A stretch of 64,000 bases of DNA from Octopus vulgaris (Eukaryota): contig OX597825.1 of assembly GCA_951406725.2 (NCBI GenBank), positions 42,780,001-42,844,000 on the forward strand. Direction: 5' to 3'. A model generated the notes under the pieces. The model was not told the DNA's origin. It ran no database searches and saw nothing but the letters and a program-made list of their open reading frames with translations. The translations under genes were made by a program, and so were the position numbers. Below are positions 41,436-55,156 of this stretch, piece after piece (the first letter of the stretch is position 1; each line of letters begins with the position of its first letter).

Positions 41436-41508
41436 TCCCGAAGCTGGGATCGAACCAGGCATCTCTAGATCTTAAGTCTAACATTCTCCCAATTTTATAA
41501 TCTCTCGC
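41436..41508 (-). pseudogene. tRNA-Phe pseudogene (anticodon GAA mutated to TAA)
   Basis: Minus strand ...ttgggagaatgttagacttaagatctagagatgcctggttcgatcccagcttcggga matches metazoan tRNA-Phe TTGGGAGAGCGTTAGACTGAAGATCTAAAGGTCCCTGGTTCGATCCCGGGTTTCGGCA. The 5' acceptor and D arm are degraded. Confidence 0.8.
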
Positions 41509-43044
41509 ACAAACACTGACTAAAATAATCCTAACATAACTTACAAGCTGAAGTGATACCCGTATTACGTCTAATTAAATAAACGGTTATGACATATTTC
41601 TAGGTTGTTCTTTTATGTATTTCAAATAGTTCTGTCAGGCTTTCTATTAGTACACCCTGAACCATTTTAAATACATTGCTTTCGCAAGAAGGGGGTTTAC
41701 GCATTCATTTTGTAGTTATTAGTTTCCAATAAATTGACGTTTTAGTAACACTGTCAAAAAGAAAGTAGTTGATGTGGAGACAAATGAAAGGTTAGAAAAA
41801 AATGATTCAGTGAGTGCTAATTCGAATCAATAAAACAATATTACCAATTATATCACGAAGAACGGTGGGGAAATGATTATGATTTCTTGATGTTGTTTTT
41901 GTTGTTGATAAAATGATTAATATTGATTATGATTAATATTGATTATGATTAATGGCGCAGTTCCAAGACAATAACGTCCTTGTTACTGATCACCAAAAAT
42001 TAATAAAGAAAAACAAATAGTTATGAAAATATAATTATATAATATGAAATCTGTCAGAAAGTATTTTTCGTCTTAATCTATCAATAAAAGGGAAGTAATT
42101 ATTACAAAATAAGTATTTTTCCTTTTGTTTCCATATTTTCTTGATTTTGTTTTACTTTTATCTTAATTTTAATTTATTTAATTAATGTAAAGCATTTGTT
42201 GTTATGCATGATGAATTAGACGAAACGTTTAAATCATTAGTACGTAGAGTATGTTGTTTGAAGTTGCTTTTCAATCTCTTTATAGTATATCTAATAACAT
42301 GGATATCACATTCTGCCTCACATCATTATTGAATCCCGTGCTTAGCAAGATATTTTCATTTGTGTTCACATGCAACTATATTCCCTACTCACATCGACAA
42401 TCTTTCACAAATGATGAAGATCGATGAAACGAAGTTGGATGTAATGAGTTGCCCAGTCGACATTCAGCTCGGATTATGCTTTTCCGAGCTCCTTATATTA
42501 GAACTGGTCATCCTGCTGAGAAAAATTGTGCTAGTTCTATTATTTTCTTAAATGAATTTTTCCCTTTATGTAAGAAGTTTCGATTTCACATCGATTTTCT
42601 TCTGGATTGTGCTTATAAGAAAGAACTGATGCAGAAAATGTTTCGTAGAATGTTTTATTAATATATGGCTGGCGGGGTTTTATGGGCATTAATTCTACAA
42701 TGCTCTGACTGGCTTGGGGTTACTGGTGCAATAAATAGGAAGGTCATACATTCCATCACCGAGGGTGAAACCACTAGATGTTTTGGATAAAAAGGACTAA
42801 CAAGTAGTTTGCTGCAACAGGGATGCAAATTGGGATTTGATCATCGACGGCTGAGTCAATTGTGCAAGGGAGCCAGATGCTGAAATACTCAAAACCCCTG
42901 CAACCCGGGAAACATTAATGACGACGCATCCTTGAGAAGTATTTCGGAACTAAGTTTCCTATCAAAAACTTCTTTAAAACAAATATTTCCAGTTTCGATA
43001 AAAATTTTTTTCCACTTTCTATATATTCTTTTATTCCATATATT

Positions 43045-43057
43045 GTTTCTTTCTTTC

Positions 43058-43090
<33 letters not shown>

Positions 43091-43230
43091 CTCGATAGCC
43101 CTTCCTTCCTTCCTTTTCTCCTTCTTACCTTTCCTTCCTTCGTTCTTTCTTTCTTTCTTTATTTATTTCCTCCTTCCTTCCTTCCTTCCTTCCTTCCTTC
43201 TTTCCTTCCTTCCTTCCTTCCTTCCTTTCT
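43045..43230. repeat. (TTCT)n/(TTCC)n polypyrimidine tract
   Basis: Directly visible. Confidence 0.9.
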
Positions 43231-44539
43231 ATATTTTAGTATCAAAGCTTCTCATTTTGTTTTTATCACACTGTTGAAACGTTGGAAATAAAATGTGTTC
43301 GGTAGTCAGCGCATAGGTGTTGTTGTTTGGATGTCTTTATCGGCATGTGATTTGCTGCAAAGGACTTCTTTAGATTTGACAAATTTAACACACACACAAA
43401 CAAACAAACACACACACATTCATACACACATACACACGCACATGCGTGCGCGTACACACACACACACACCCGCATCGGACGTGGAAGAGAGCCCTTGAGC
43501 AGTTTTTCTGACTGATGCCTACAGGAGCGAAGAGGACACGGAGAATGAATTCTTCAATCATGTGGAGGCCATCTTTTACACTGAAGTTGAAATAGAGACA
43601 GACGCATGCAATAGGGATAGCTAAGAAATTTGTTTTTCTGAAAGCAGTATATGTGACCTGTGTCTTACTAGAAGCAGATAGTTATGAGAAGAAACGACTG
43701 AATTGATCGTTTATATTTGATATTTTCTACTTTTGATTTTAGATTATATGAAATTATAGGAAGCAAGTGTAGATTTAGAAAATGTATGCTGTAAAGTTTG
43801 GAATTGTGGATTTGACAGTGTACTGAATATACTGTAAGAGGCGTGGTCGGTAGTAACACTTCGAAAATATAAAACAAACTCTGCTCGTTTGAAGTAAGAT
43901 TTTAGGTAGTAAAAAAATGCACAAACCCACGTAGATATGCACACATGTCTGAAAGAAATATCTTTATACACAGTTTTGTATCTCTTTCAGTTCACCTTAT
44001 GTGTCAACTTAACACTTTCTGCTCACTTTAATTTGGGCCTGTATCAATCCTGCTTTTAGACTGGTCGAAAGAACTATTGGCGTAGAAGTATTCACCGCAC
44101 AAACAAAATCACTCAAAATATCAATATATATTTTTTATTTGGAGGAAGCTGGCTGATATGATTTTGGCTTCAGTTGTATTAACTTTCTAACAATTGTCCT
44201 TTAAAGCACTTTTGAGCTTTTGAATCCTAATTCCGTTAACCTAAAGGTTAACGGAAGGGAGAGTGACATCATTACTCTATCGTTGACTGTAGCAATCATA
44301 GCTGAAAATATATTGCAAAGTATTACAAAATAATACCTGTCAGGCATGCAGTGACCGACAACAGTGTGTTATAGTCGAGTCTACTGCCTGTTTTCTGACA
44401 ATATATGCCTAGGTTGCGAATAAAAGTGTAAGCAGTCCGTGGCCGTTTGCGTGGTGATCGCTTTCTATATGTTGACTTTCAATCATCATCAACCAATGCT
44501 TGTTCTGCTTGACGTATCGAAGTAGAAGATGAACCTAAT

Positions 44540-45215
44540 GGGTGTACGTGTGTGTATGTGAGTGTGTATGTGGGTGTGCTTGTTCGTGTGTATGTGGGTG
44601 TGCTTGTTCGTGTGTGCGTGCGTGCTTGTTCTTGTGTGTGTGTGCATTCTTGTTCCTGTGTGTGTGAGTATGTGTGTGTGTGCATGCTTGTTCCTGTGTG
44701 TGTGAGTATATATGTGTGTGTGTGAGCGTATTCTGTTTTTATGTATTTACGTGTGTGGAATGTAAATATAACAAAAACAATGTTGCATTTTAAACTTGAG
44801 AAAAGCCTAGCATATTTTTTTCTACCTGTTTCCTTTTGTGAACAAAACGCTATCAACGTCGAAAAAGCCGTATTAGTTATAATAGTCCATGTACTTTTTA
44901 ACCACCAAAGAGCCGAAATATTGTCACATGACTCAAAGAGCTGAAATATTGTAACATGCATCAAACAGCCGAAATATTGCAACATATATGGAAAAAGGAA
45001 GAAATGTAAATTAACACTCACTATTGATTAAAGGAAATGAGAAAGAAAGAAATATAAATAACATTGCTTTCATTTAATTTCAAAGCTAAATTAAACAAGA
45101 TCTCTGAGAACATGCTCACACATACACACACTCACTCGCACAAGAACAAGCACGCACACGCATACACACACACAAGAACAAGCACGCACACACACACACA
45201 CACTGTCGTATACCC
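44540..45215. repeat. GT-rich minisatellite (unit ~gtgtgtgcttgttc) at 44540-44730 with an inverted copy at 45110-45215
   Basis: Repeated tgcttgttc(g/t/c)tgtg units versus cacaagaacaagcacgcac. Confidence 0.75.
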
Positions 45216-45274
45216 GTTAGCTGTTACATCGTATATATATAAAATATTACAAGCATTGCCTTACAAAATTACGA

Positions 45275-46050
45275 AACTAGAATTGAAAAATGTGCACGCT
45301 CAAAAGGGTTACAGAATGTTATAATAAACCTTAAAAAGTATGGGACTAGCATCGTTGCTAAAAAATATTGGAATCATTATATGTTGCACACTCTGTGGCA
45401 TCCTTTTATCACAAGAAATTTGTTTAGTTCATCCAAACTGAGTTATGTTAAAAATTAATTAAGTTAAATCAAGTTAAACTATCAATTTTAATAAAACATT
45501 TGTGTACAGATACTAATGTCATCCTTACACAATAATTCCTTATATAAATGATAGTTTTTATAAATTTACAAGTAATCAATTAAAAATAATTTAGTAATAA
45601 TTTGTTTAATTCGCACAACTATTCCATTAACAATAGTATCATAATGCGAATTATCTTTTTTTTATAATTATTTCGGTTTCGTACTTCTGCTGTTATATAG
45701 ATTTGATTCCATCATAAATCCAGTTTTTCTTTTATTATTATGGTGATTTGCATACAGTGTGAAATGTTATTTCTATATACTTTGGTATGAAGAGTACTAT
45801 GATGAATTTACTTATTCGAGGTTAAAGATCATATTTTGTACATTTTCAAATTTTTATATTAAGAAATCGGTTTAATAATTATCGTGATATCGTAATTCAC
45901 ACGTGGGTCTCTTTTCGCTTTAAGATGCCACAGAATGTACAACATATAGTGATTCCAATAGTTTTGTGCAACAATGCTAGTCCCATATTTTTTAAGGTTT
46001 ATTATGACATTCTGTAACCTGTCTAAGCGTGCGCAGTTTTCAAGCTTAGT
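45275..46050 (+). mobile_element. Non-autonomous element with ~130-bp (sub)terminal inverted repeats, copy 1
   Basis: 45277-45403 is approximately the reverse complement of 45922-46050. The whole unit matches 61034-61772 inverted. Confidence 0.85.
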
Positions 46051-46559
46051 CGAAAAGTGGCAAACAGAATAGCTATATTTAATTATGGAAAACTTATGTC
46101 TAAAACATTTACTCAACATACGAGTAACTTCTGAAACCAAAATAACTGGAAAGTAATGTTTTAGACCTGAAATGCCATTTTACGGGAAACACAGGAGCTG
46201 GTTTCTAAACTCAGAATTGTCTACAAAACTACAATACCCTACAGCCAGATCGAACAAAATTCAGCTGATGCCAAAGTAGGTAGTTTATCTCACATACAAG
46301 ACCATCGGCTTGAGAGCCTATAGGTAGATAAAATCTATCTTAGATTAAAAAATATAAACCTTTGGGTTTCACGGGGTTTTTTTGTCCGTATGAAACCTGA
46401 TTAATGTTACTAAAAGAAAATCATAATCTCAACACACGTATTTAACAACACTTGCGCACTCTCGTAAACATATTTAGCTGTAAATTGTTCACGAATGAAT
46501 ATGCAAAAATTTTGCTGAAATTCATGGAGAGTTTTTCTTTTTGCATATAACGTTAATCT

Positions 46560-46932
46560 TGGAACCACGTGGATTCGGACAAAATCTCACTGCATAGCAT
46601 ATTGGGCAAGTGTCTTCTTGCTTAGTTCGAGCCGACCAACATCTTGTGAATGAATTCTGTAGTCGCAATATGTGAGGGAGCCCATAGTGTATTTGTGTGT
46701 GTTTGTGTGAGTGTGTATGTGTATTCGTGTGTTTGCATTTGTGTTAGTTTCTCTCCACTGCTTAACAACACTTTGTTGTGTGCCCGTAATTTAGAGGTTC
46801 CACAAAAGAGACTGATTAAATAGCTACCAGACTTTAAAAGAAAATACTACAGTCTATTTGTTCGACTAGACTCTTTAAGACAATGCTCCAGCATGGCAGC
46901 AGACTAATGAGCAAAACAAATAAACATAAAAG
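46560..46932 (+). mobile_element. Diverged SINE family A
   Basis: ttgggcaagtgtcttc, ttcgactagactctttaag and tgctccagcatggcagcag. Confidence 0.8.
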
Positions 46933-48473
46933 AAATGAAATAATGCGTGCATTGGATATGATCTGTAATACATGAGTTGGTTAGACAAAGAGTTTACTTA
47001 CAATTTTCATCCATATATTGTATGCCGTTACCCCTCAGGTTTTCATGGGAAGAATTGTCTTTAGATAGATCTTTAAAAAATATTCTAGGTATTAGCAAAA
47101 ATAAATAAATGACTGAAAACATGGTAACTAGATCTACATGCAGTGTATTATTTACATAACTACGTAGACTATCATTTTTCCCCTTAAATTTTGTTCTTTT
47201 TCGAAGCACAGCATTGCTACATTTCATTTATATACGTTGAAGAGTCTTTCTAATGACTTCTCTCTATTTCATTTCAGAAATATGATCAAATTGACTTTGC
47301 TTGCATCATTTTTTATTTTGTTTTCTATCAATTAACTTTATTTCAAAGAATTAAATTCGTTGATTGTTTTTGAATGCAATTATAGATACTAAAATAATGC
47401 ACAATTTCTCAAAGTAATCTGAGAGCTACAATTACTAGTTTAGTGTATTTCTGTGATTATACTTCACGGCTCTACTGGTGGAATCAACATTTCCCCATTC
47501 ACTCTTCCAGCGATACAAGAGTTGAATTTTGTAGTAACGTGTTAAAATTACCAATCTCTTTCCTCACAGGTGTTTTAAATGAATTGCTCTCTAGATGCCT
47601 TGCTGTGCATTTTATAATTTTCATGTAGTATTTATTAAATGTTCATTGTTGCATCTGGTGATACACCTTTGGTCGTCTTCGTTGTAAATATGTCTTTGTT
47701 ATAAACAGATCAAATACTAATGTGTTCATTAATAATTAGTGAGTTCGTTAAATTATCAGTCTCTCTCCCTCTTTCTCTATCTTTATGTTTCCTCTCTTCC
47801 TACTTGGCTGATCAGTCGATTTCATTTATGATCAACTTTCAGTAAATAATGCCCTAAACGATAAAGGGATATAGGATGTAGTCTAACAAGAATATATCAT
47901 CAAAACAAACTCAACATTGTCTAGATTCATATTATCGATTCCTAGTAAGATACGATTATCGTTCAAAAATAGCATACGTTTTGATAATGGAATGTGGTAA
48001 TGAGGGTTTAAACAATCATATCAATCCCAGGGCTTATCGAAGTTTCTTATTGATTTAATCAAACCATATTTGTTGAGTCACTATATTACGAGATATAAAG
48101 GGTTACAAGAAAACAATAACACCGATGCAATGTAAGCAGACACATTACACATATGCTACACCCATTCATGCACAAACATTTTAACTAATTGAAGGACCGA
48201 AACAAGAACATGAATAATTTAATTGTCTACAGATCTATTCTGGATGAAACTCTCAATTTCTGTAATTTTTTTTAGTAGGTAGAATATTTTTGAATCTTTA
48301 AGAGGCCCATTTTAATTTGTAGTATTCCATAACAAGCTGCATGGTGAATGGAAAATAATCCGATGATTGGGGAGAGTGGTTCTTGCGTTAATGCGAACGT
48401 AATATGGAGCGAAAGAGATTGCTCTCATGGGGTTAAAATTTAAATAATAAAATCAAGATTAGGAATTGAATAT

Positions 48474-48475
<2 letters not shown>

Positions 48476-48525
<50 letters not shown>
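48476..48525. repeat. (GA)n microsatellite
   Basis: Directly visible. Confidence 0.95.
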
Positions 48526-48529
<4 letters not shown>

Positions 48530-50266
48530 ACAGTGTATAGGTAAATAAATATATAGATTAGATGCACTCTCGCTTACAGTTGCATGCTGTTTTATATTCA
48601 TCCATGCAGTCAGTCTGCATCTCTCAGTACATGTATATAGACAGTTACATGTACGAAGTAGGCGGGTATGTTCCTCATACAGGTATTATGTATAAATTTG
48701 ATAGGCTTCGTACTGTTTCCAGCTACAAAATTCCACTTAAGATATTAATCATACGTAATGAAAGGCTATATTTAGCTAACAATTTTGTATTTACGATCAT
48801 TTTTCGGTTTTTAAGAATTTTACTTTTAGCTACTGAAGTGAACATATTACTGAAAATACTTAGAATGTGTGAAGTCACACAGACATTTCATGAGCCTTAT
48901 AGTTTAATATAAAACCAGTTATATTCTTTATTATCCAAAGCCAAAATTCTAAAAGATTCCTTATTGTAAAGTTTAATAATTTCAAATCCTATACTTAGAA
49001 TACATAGTAATAATATTGTTTTTGTAAATTCTGTAATATATTTTGTTAAAATATTTATTTTTCAGCGCAGGTTAAATGTACATTGATATCCAGTGTTTCG
49101 TCAAATTTTATAATATTGAATTTTAAACTTGTTTAGCCCAACACTTATCGCAATCGACAAGCATATAGACTTAATACATGGAAACTGTAGCATTCCACAA
49201 ATGGATAGCTTTAATTATTAATATATATGTTTCTGGATTACATTAGTAAAAGGAAAAAAGACTCTTAAATTCTGAATCGGAAAACAAAGATAATTTAAGA
49301 AACATAATACATAAGCATTTATTTCTTTAGCAGTTTATACCATTATAAAAGACTCGTTTTGCAAATTAGCTCAGCATTGAAGAATTGCCACGGAAGCATT
49401 AGCAACCGTTATAGAAATCAGTCATCCGAAACACCAAATTGTCGCAGATAGCCTACTAATGTGGACCAAATCATATGATGAGAATTATAAAGTACTGAAT
49501 GTCTATCTATCGTTGAGAAAATTGGTCTCATTAAATTATTTCCGATGTTGGTTAACTCTTTGGAAACCCGGAAATCATGAGTATTGTATTATTTACAGGT
49601 TGCAGGTGATGCAAATTGCAAACTTATAGTCTCTGATATTAAAACATGCCAAATAATGATATGCTAAATAACACAATCAGTAAATCAACTAGAAATTTCG
49701 CTTGCGTTATTTAATTACGCCATTTACCTTCTGGGTCTAAATCCTGCTGCGTTCTCTTACCATTCTTATCAAAGTCGATAAATTAATACGTGCTAAATAA
49801 TTTAGTCTATTCAATATTCTGCCCTACCAACATATGGTTTTCTTTCGGCAAGATTATAAAAAGAAAGTAAAGAAAGGATTGATTAATGATGGCAAATTGG
49901 GGAGGCAGGTGAACTGAATAAGAAGTTTGGAAGGGGGGTTGGTGTAGAGGTGCACTGTAGTAGTGGAATCAAAATAAATATCGAAAGAAGCATCTTTATA
50001 TTCAGCAGTGCTACATATCGCCAATTTGGTTAAGCGGTGTCAAGTAGGAGGAGTTTGAAAAACCAACAGGGATACTCTTGGAAGGAAATCAGAAGGCTTG
50101 ATGTTTATTTAGGAGGTGAGAAATCTCAAAAGTAAAGCGATGCAACAAAATATTCTTCGCTTTGCTGAGAAGAGCGAGGTTTGCTGCAATAACCCAAATA
50201 TTTTTTCTTCATTAATATATCTGGTTTCCAACTGAACTACACAGTCTTTTCAGCAACTAATATATT

Positions 50267-50480
50267 GATTTCAAATTTTGGCACAAGGCCAACCAGTTCG
50301 GGGTTGAGGGATAAATCGATTACATAAACCCCAGTGCTCAACTGATACGTATTTTATCGATCACGAAAGCATGAAAGATAAAGTTGACGTCGGCGAAATT
50401 TGAACTCAGAACGTAAAGACGGATGAAATGCCGCCAAGCATTACGCCTGGTATGCTAACATTCCTGTCTGATCGCCGCAT
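50267..50480 (-). mobile_element. SINE family B with 13-bp TSD
   Basis: Reverse complement of the family-B head and core. The TSD caactaatatatt is at 50254-50266 and 50481-50493. Confidence 0.9.
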
Positions 50481-52357
50481 CAACTAATATATTAACAAGA
50501 AGTAATTCTGTCAGAACGATCTATTCAAAATTGGTATTAGCTTCGTTCGAATTAATAATTTCTAGCTATCCTAGTCTCGAACTATCTCGATGATTTAAAA
50601 TCTAATTATAGTAACAAAGTAATCACAAATCGTATCACCGAACTGCTTGGTCGAATCCTTTTATAACAGAAATATTTTCTGTAGTTTGCGTGATTCATAT
50701 AAAAGGCACATGTCGAAGCAGCCAGGGCAGCAGGTCGTTTACGGGTGACAAAATGCAGCTGATCGATTTCAATGAAAATTATTAATTTATCGTTAATATA
50801 AATCCTTAAAACTATTCTTTTCTTTTAATGTGTACCTCATCACATATGATGAATATATGTTAATCAGAGCACATGCAACGTTAGGTTGAAAGTTATCATT
50901 ATTAGATGTAAAACAATTCTTGACTTGACATTTGTGCAACTGGTAAGATCTAAAACCGAAATTTTTAAAAAATAATCTAAGATATTAAGACAATAATACT
51001 GAATGAAATCCTTTTCCTTCAGCTCCCTTCATATCATCATTGCTGTTTTGTTTATACAAGACTAACAGTTAATCCAAACACGAGTTTTGAGGTCAAACTA
51101 CAACGTATTTAACGCAAAATATTTCAAAACAAATTATGTAAAAGCAGCAAATGTTTCACACGTTGGCCAATTTACGTGTTGTCAAATATAATCCAGCAGA
51201 TCTTTTCTCTTTCATTCGATCTTAATGTAGAAATGGATAATTTCTCTTACATGCTCGAATATATCTCTCGTCATTAATCCATTCTATTAAAGTGACATTT
51301 GAACTGAAGTGCAAATTCCATGCATGATATATTATATAAACTAAAACATTACTTCATTTCTTGTTGAAACCGATTTCAGTTTTCCATTCGGATTGATGTC
51401 AGGAACGAAACAAATTTCTGACTTAATTGCTTATGCTTCAGCAACCAATATGCCTAGTTGAAACCTTTCCATGATCTAAGAATTTAATCCACGAAGTATT
51501 GTATAATGCTGGAATCTTCAAGAGTAATGGCTTTGATGTTGACCAACAAATCTGATTAAATTCAATCAATTTCTTTAATTACGCTGGCAAATATATTGCA
51601 GTGCTCGGAGGAATATCCTCTCGGTCAGGTATAAAGTTTAATATTGTAATTATATTGATGCAAATCTAAGTGAATGAGGAAAATATGCATAGATTAATAT
51701 TAAAGAACCAATTAGTAAAATAAGTGTAGAGAACAAACTATTAATTCACTATTCCCGAAAATATTCAAGTCTTGGTTTACTACAGGTCCCAATAACATAG
51801 AAGACAAAAGAAGTTAGTTAAAATTTCATTTCGTAGAGCATTCTTTGAATTTCATTGCTCGTTGTAGATGGAAAATAATAATTATCACCCAGCAACGACG
51901 CACCAATGAAGGAACCGCTATGCAAGCGCTCAAAACTCCTGATAATAGGTATTGAATTGTCTCAGATTCACATTATTGTGTTGAAATGTAATCCCAGATA
52001 TACAAAATGACAAAGTGTTCACGGCTGGAATGCCCCTGAACATAGTTTTTCACGATAATCTGAAGTAATTAAATAAATTTTATTTATCATTTTGTCCCAA
52101 TCATTCGAAATATTTTCTTCTGTATTTTTATCAACTAAACCGTACTCATGCGTACACACACAGATACACATACTACACACGCACAGGAACACACACATGA
52201 ATACACACATGAACACACACACATACACATACACACTCACTTGTATTTCCACACATAATCATAAAAAGCACACTTACGTAAACATTTGTCATTAGGACCT
52301 CTCTAATTATATAACACAAACCACGAGTTCATAAACACATCAATATAAATATATATA

Positions 52358-52670
52358 TAGTACGGAGATGTACTTGCATAGCAAGTGACCTGATCTGAGA
52401 TTGTGTGATGAAACAAAAACATTTGCAACGTGGAAGGTGTTCATAAGCCATTTAAAAGCACACAAAGCCGTTAGATTCACTTTAACATTCAAATTTAATT
52501 TGTCAAAATATTTTCGTCGCTTTGAAACCGCGACCTGTTCGCTGACTAAATTTCATGCTGTATCTGAGAGACAGCATGCAATTTTGACAAATTAAATTTG
52601 ATTGTTGAAATGAATCTAACGGTTTTGTGAGTTTTTAAATAGCTTATAGACACCTTCCACGCTGCAATTG
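52358..52670 (-). mobile_element. PLE pseudo-LTR fragment with inverted duplication, variant HHR and ORF start (MAYEHLPRCKCFCFITQSQIRSLAMQV)
   Basis: 52423-52509 is the reverse complement of 52581-52668. ATG at 52451. The peptide aligns with those at 4657 and 31591. Confidence 0.68.
52502..52546 (-). ncRNA. Minimal hammerhead-like motif, G3-C8 core variant
   Basis: Reads guca GCGAACA g gucgc-gguuucaaa-gcgac GAAA auau UU ugac. Confidence 0.55.
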
Positions 52671-52689
52671 TATATATATATACATATAA

Positions 52690-52720
<31 letters not shown>

Positions 52721-52758
52721 TGTATGTATGTATGTATGTATGTATGTATATATATATG

Positions 52759-52795
<37 letters not shown>

Positions 52796-52805
52796 ATATA
52801 TATAT

Positions 52806-52836
<31 letters not shown>

Positions 52837-52839
52837 CAT

Positions 52840-52925
<86 letters not shown>
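52670..52925. repeat. Compound (TATG)n/(TA)n/(TG)n/(TACA)n microsatellite
   Basis: Directly visible. Confidence 0.95.
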
Positions 52926-54459
52926 CCTTTCTTAACAGTAACCTTCCATTGGGTACACGTTACTGAAGTAAGAATATGTAATTTGATTAATGCTATCTCA
53001 TTTTCTGAGTAAACGAATTTCAAATTTGAATATCCTATTACATAATGATACTACACTTTAATGCAACGCTGATCTGGAATAAAAGTTTAGAATTACAAAT
53101 TTCTGTGAATGGAACTCTAATTAGTACACTCTGCAGTTTACTTAAATGAAAATCTATTCCGTTCTTCAAATACGACGAAACTTGCTCAGATATTCACCCT
53201 GCTTCGTTCATTTACTAAAGGATATTTTCGTGCCAAGCCATCATTATTCAAAGCCAATATCCTATTCTGCCGTTAATTAGGCGATAACATGTTGCCGCAT
53301 TTTATTGTAGAATTGGTCTTCTCTACAATATCAAAGTAAAACGGGCAAAAACGAGAAGCAAAAATAAAATCAAAGGCAGAACCATAATCAGAATAACAAC
53401 CATGCTAGTATGGCGGCGGAAGCTAACAGAAAACGTTATCACGTCTAAATGTACCTAATCTACATTATCTTTCATTCGATTGATCGATTTTGTACTTTAC
53501 ATTCAATCTAGACGATGTTGTTAAATGATTTCCTTTACACATGCGATCGAGATATTAAGTGATATAGCCACGAACAGCTTGCAATCAGAGAAATATCCGT
53601 GGCAGCACCAGTAACATCAGCAATGGAAGGTAGACAAGACTACGCTAAGATTACGTCAATCTATTTTTATGAATTTGTTCTATGTCAAAATATTTTCGAA
53701 GTGTTTTACAAAAGCGACTGTTTACGTGTCCAATACTTGAAATTAATTGTGTGGGAGAATAGAATATGTTCTGGCAATTTTCTAGTAATATTTGTAGTTA
53801 TATCCGTTTGATATTTGGAACAGAAACAGTGACTAACGCACTTTTCTCAGTGGGTAGTAATAATACATTATTGTAATTTAAGCATTTTATAATTCAACAT
53901 CTCAAGCATCTTGGAGTTTCTCTTAAAACAGACGGTGGAGGTGTTACATGAAATTTCCATGAAAGAAATTCTAAAATGTTTTGACTTTACTATTTGTTCA
54001 GCAAAGCGACAGCGGGAATGCACTGAAACGAAAGTAGGAGAGATGTTATGATTCTTCACTTGTAACAATATTTATGAACGTACTGACTTTCCTGAAGTTC
54101 TCTCACGTTTCCACCTACTTGTAGTTCTAGGGAATGTGTTAACTTTTGTAGCCTTGTTGATGCTGTTGTAGTATTAGTAGATGTTGTTGCTGCTATAATG
54201 ATAATACCGGTAAAATGGTCTATTGAAGGAGAGATATTGATACTTCAAGTTGATCTGATGAAGTTGTGTTGTTGTTGGTGTTGTTGGTTCCAAAAACAAT
54301 TTCTGCTCTACTGATACACTGATAGTATAGATGATATTAATTTTATATGATGCGTATCTTTATTGTACAACAAATACTATGTTTAAATAACGTACAACAA
54401 CGCCAAAGCATTGCAATTAAGAATTAGTTATAAACAAAACAGACTTAATCCATTCTTAA

Positions 54460-54585
54460 CGGTTTCAAATTTTGGCACAAGGCCAGCAATTTCGGTGTAG
54501 AAAATTGATTACATTGACCCCAGCGCTCAACTGGTACTTATTTTATCGACCACGAAAAGATGAAAGATAACGTCGACATCGGCGG
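54460..54585 (-). mobile_element. SINE family B, 5'-truncated
   Basis: ggtttcaaattttggcacaagg...ctggtacttattttatcgac. Flanked by near-duplicate gacttaatc(c/t)at. Confidence 0.82.
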
Positions 54586-54982
54586 ACTTAATCTATCCAT
54601 GATACACATTTCTTTCTTATCAGAAAACAAAGAATATGGCAACCATACCACTCCCATGTAGCTAGCTATATTAAATGAAGCATTTGGCACAACATTAGCA
54701 TTGAATCTCATTGCTCATTTATTTTTGGATACAGCAACATTGCTGTGGAATTATGAGTATTGAGAGATATTCCACACGAACTGGGTGCAGAAAATTCGTA
54801 TTTATACACACGGACGCCTTCATCATCATACTGTTAGATATCTCAGAAATCAAGTTCGGCACAATTAAGGCGAATGTGTCTGACAGGTTAAGCCCAGAAT
54901 GCTAGGTGAATAGTAACTGGGACAAGGTTACCATTGGCGTCACCAATCTTACACAAGAAACACTTATCTAGTATATAACTGT

Positions 54983-55156
54983 CTGTTAGCACACAGGGTA
55001 AAATACTTAGCGACATTCCATCCATCTTTACGTTTTGAGTTCAAATTCCACAGATGTCGACTTTACCTTTCATTCTTTCCGGATCGATAAAAGAAGTGCC
55101 ATTTGAATACTGGGGTCGATGTAATCGACTTATCTCTCTCCCAGACTTCATGTCCT
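54983..55156 (+). mobile_element. SINE family B
   Basis: gagttcaaattcc, gtcgactttacctttcattc and gtgccaaaatttgaaacc. Confidence 0.85.

Noticed and set aside
43526-43624. Possible exon SEEDTENEFFNHVEAIFYTEVEIETDACNRDS after ctacag
   Set aside because: No recognisable homology or partner exon.
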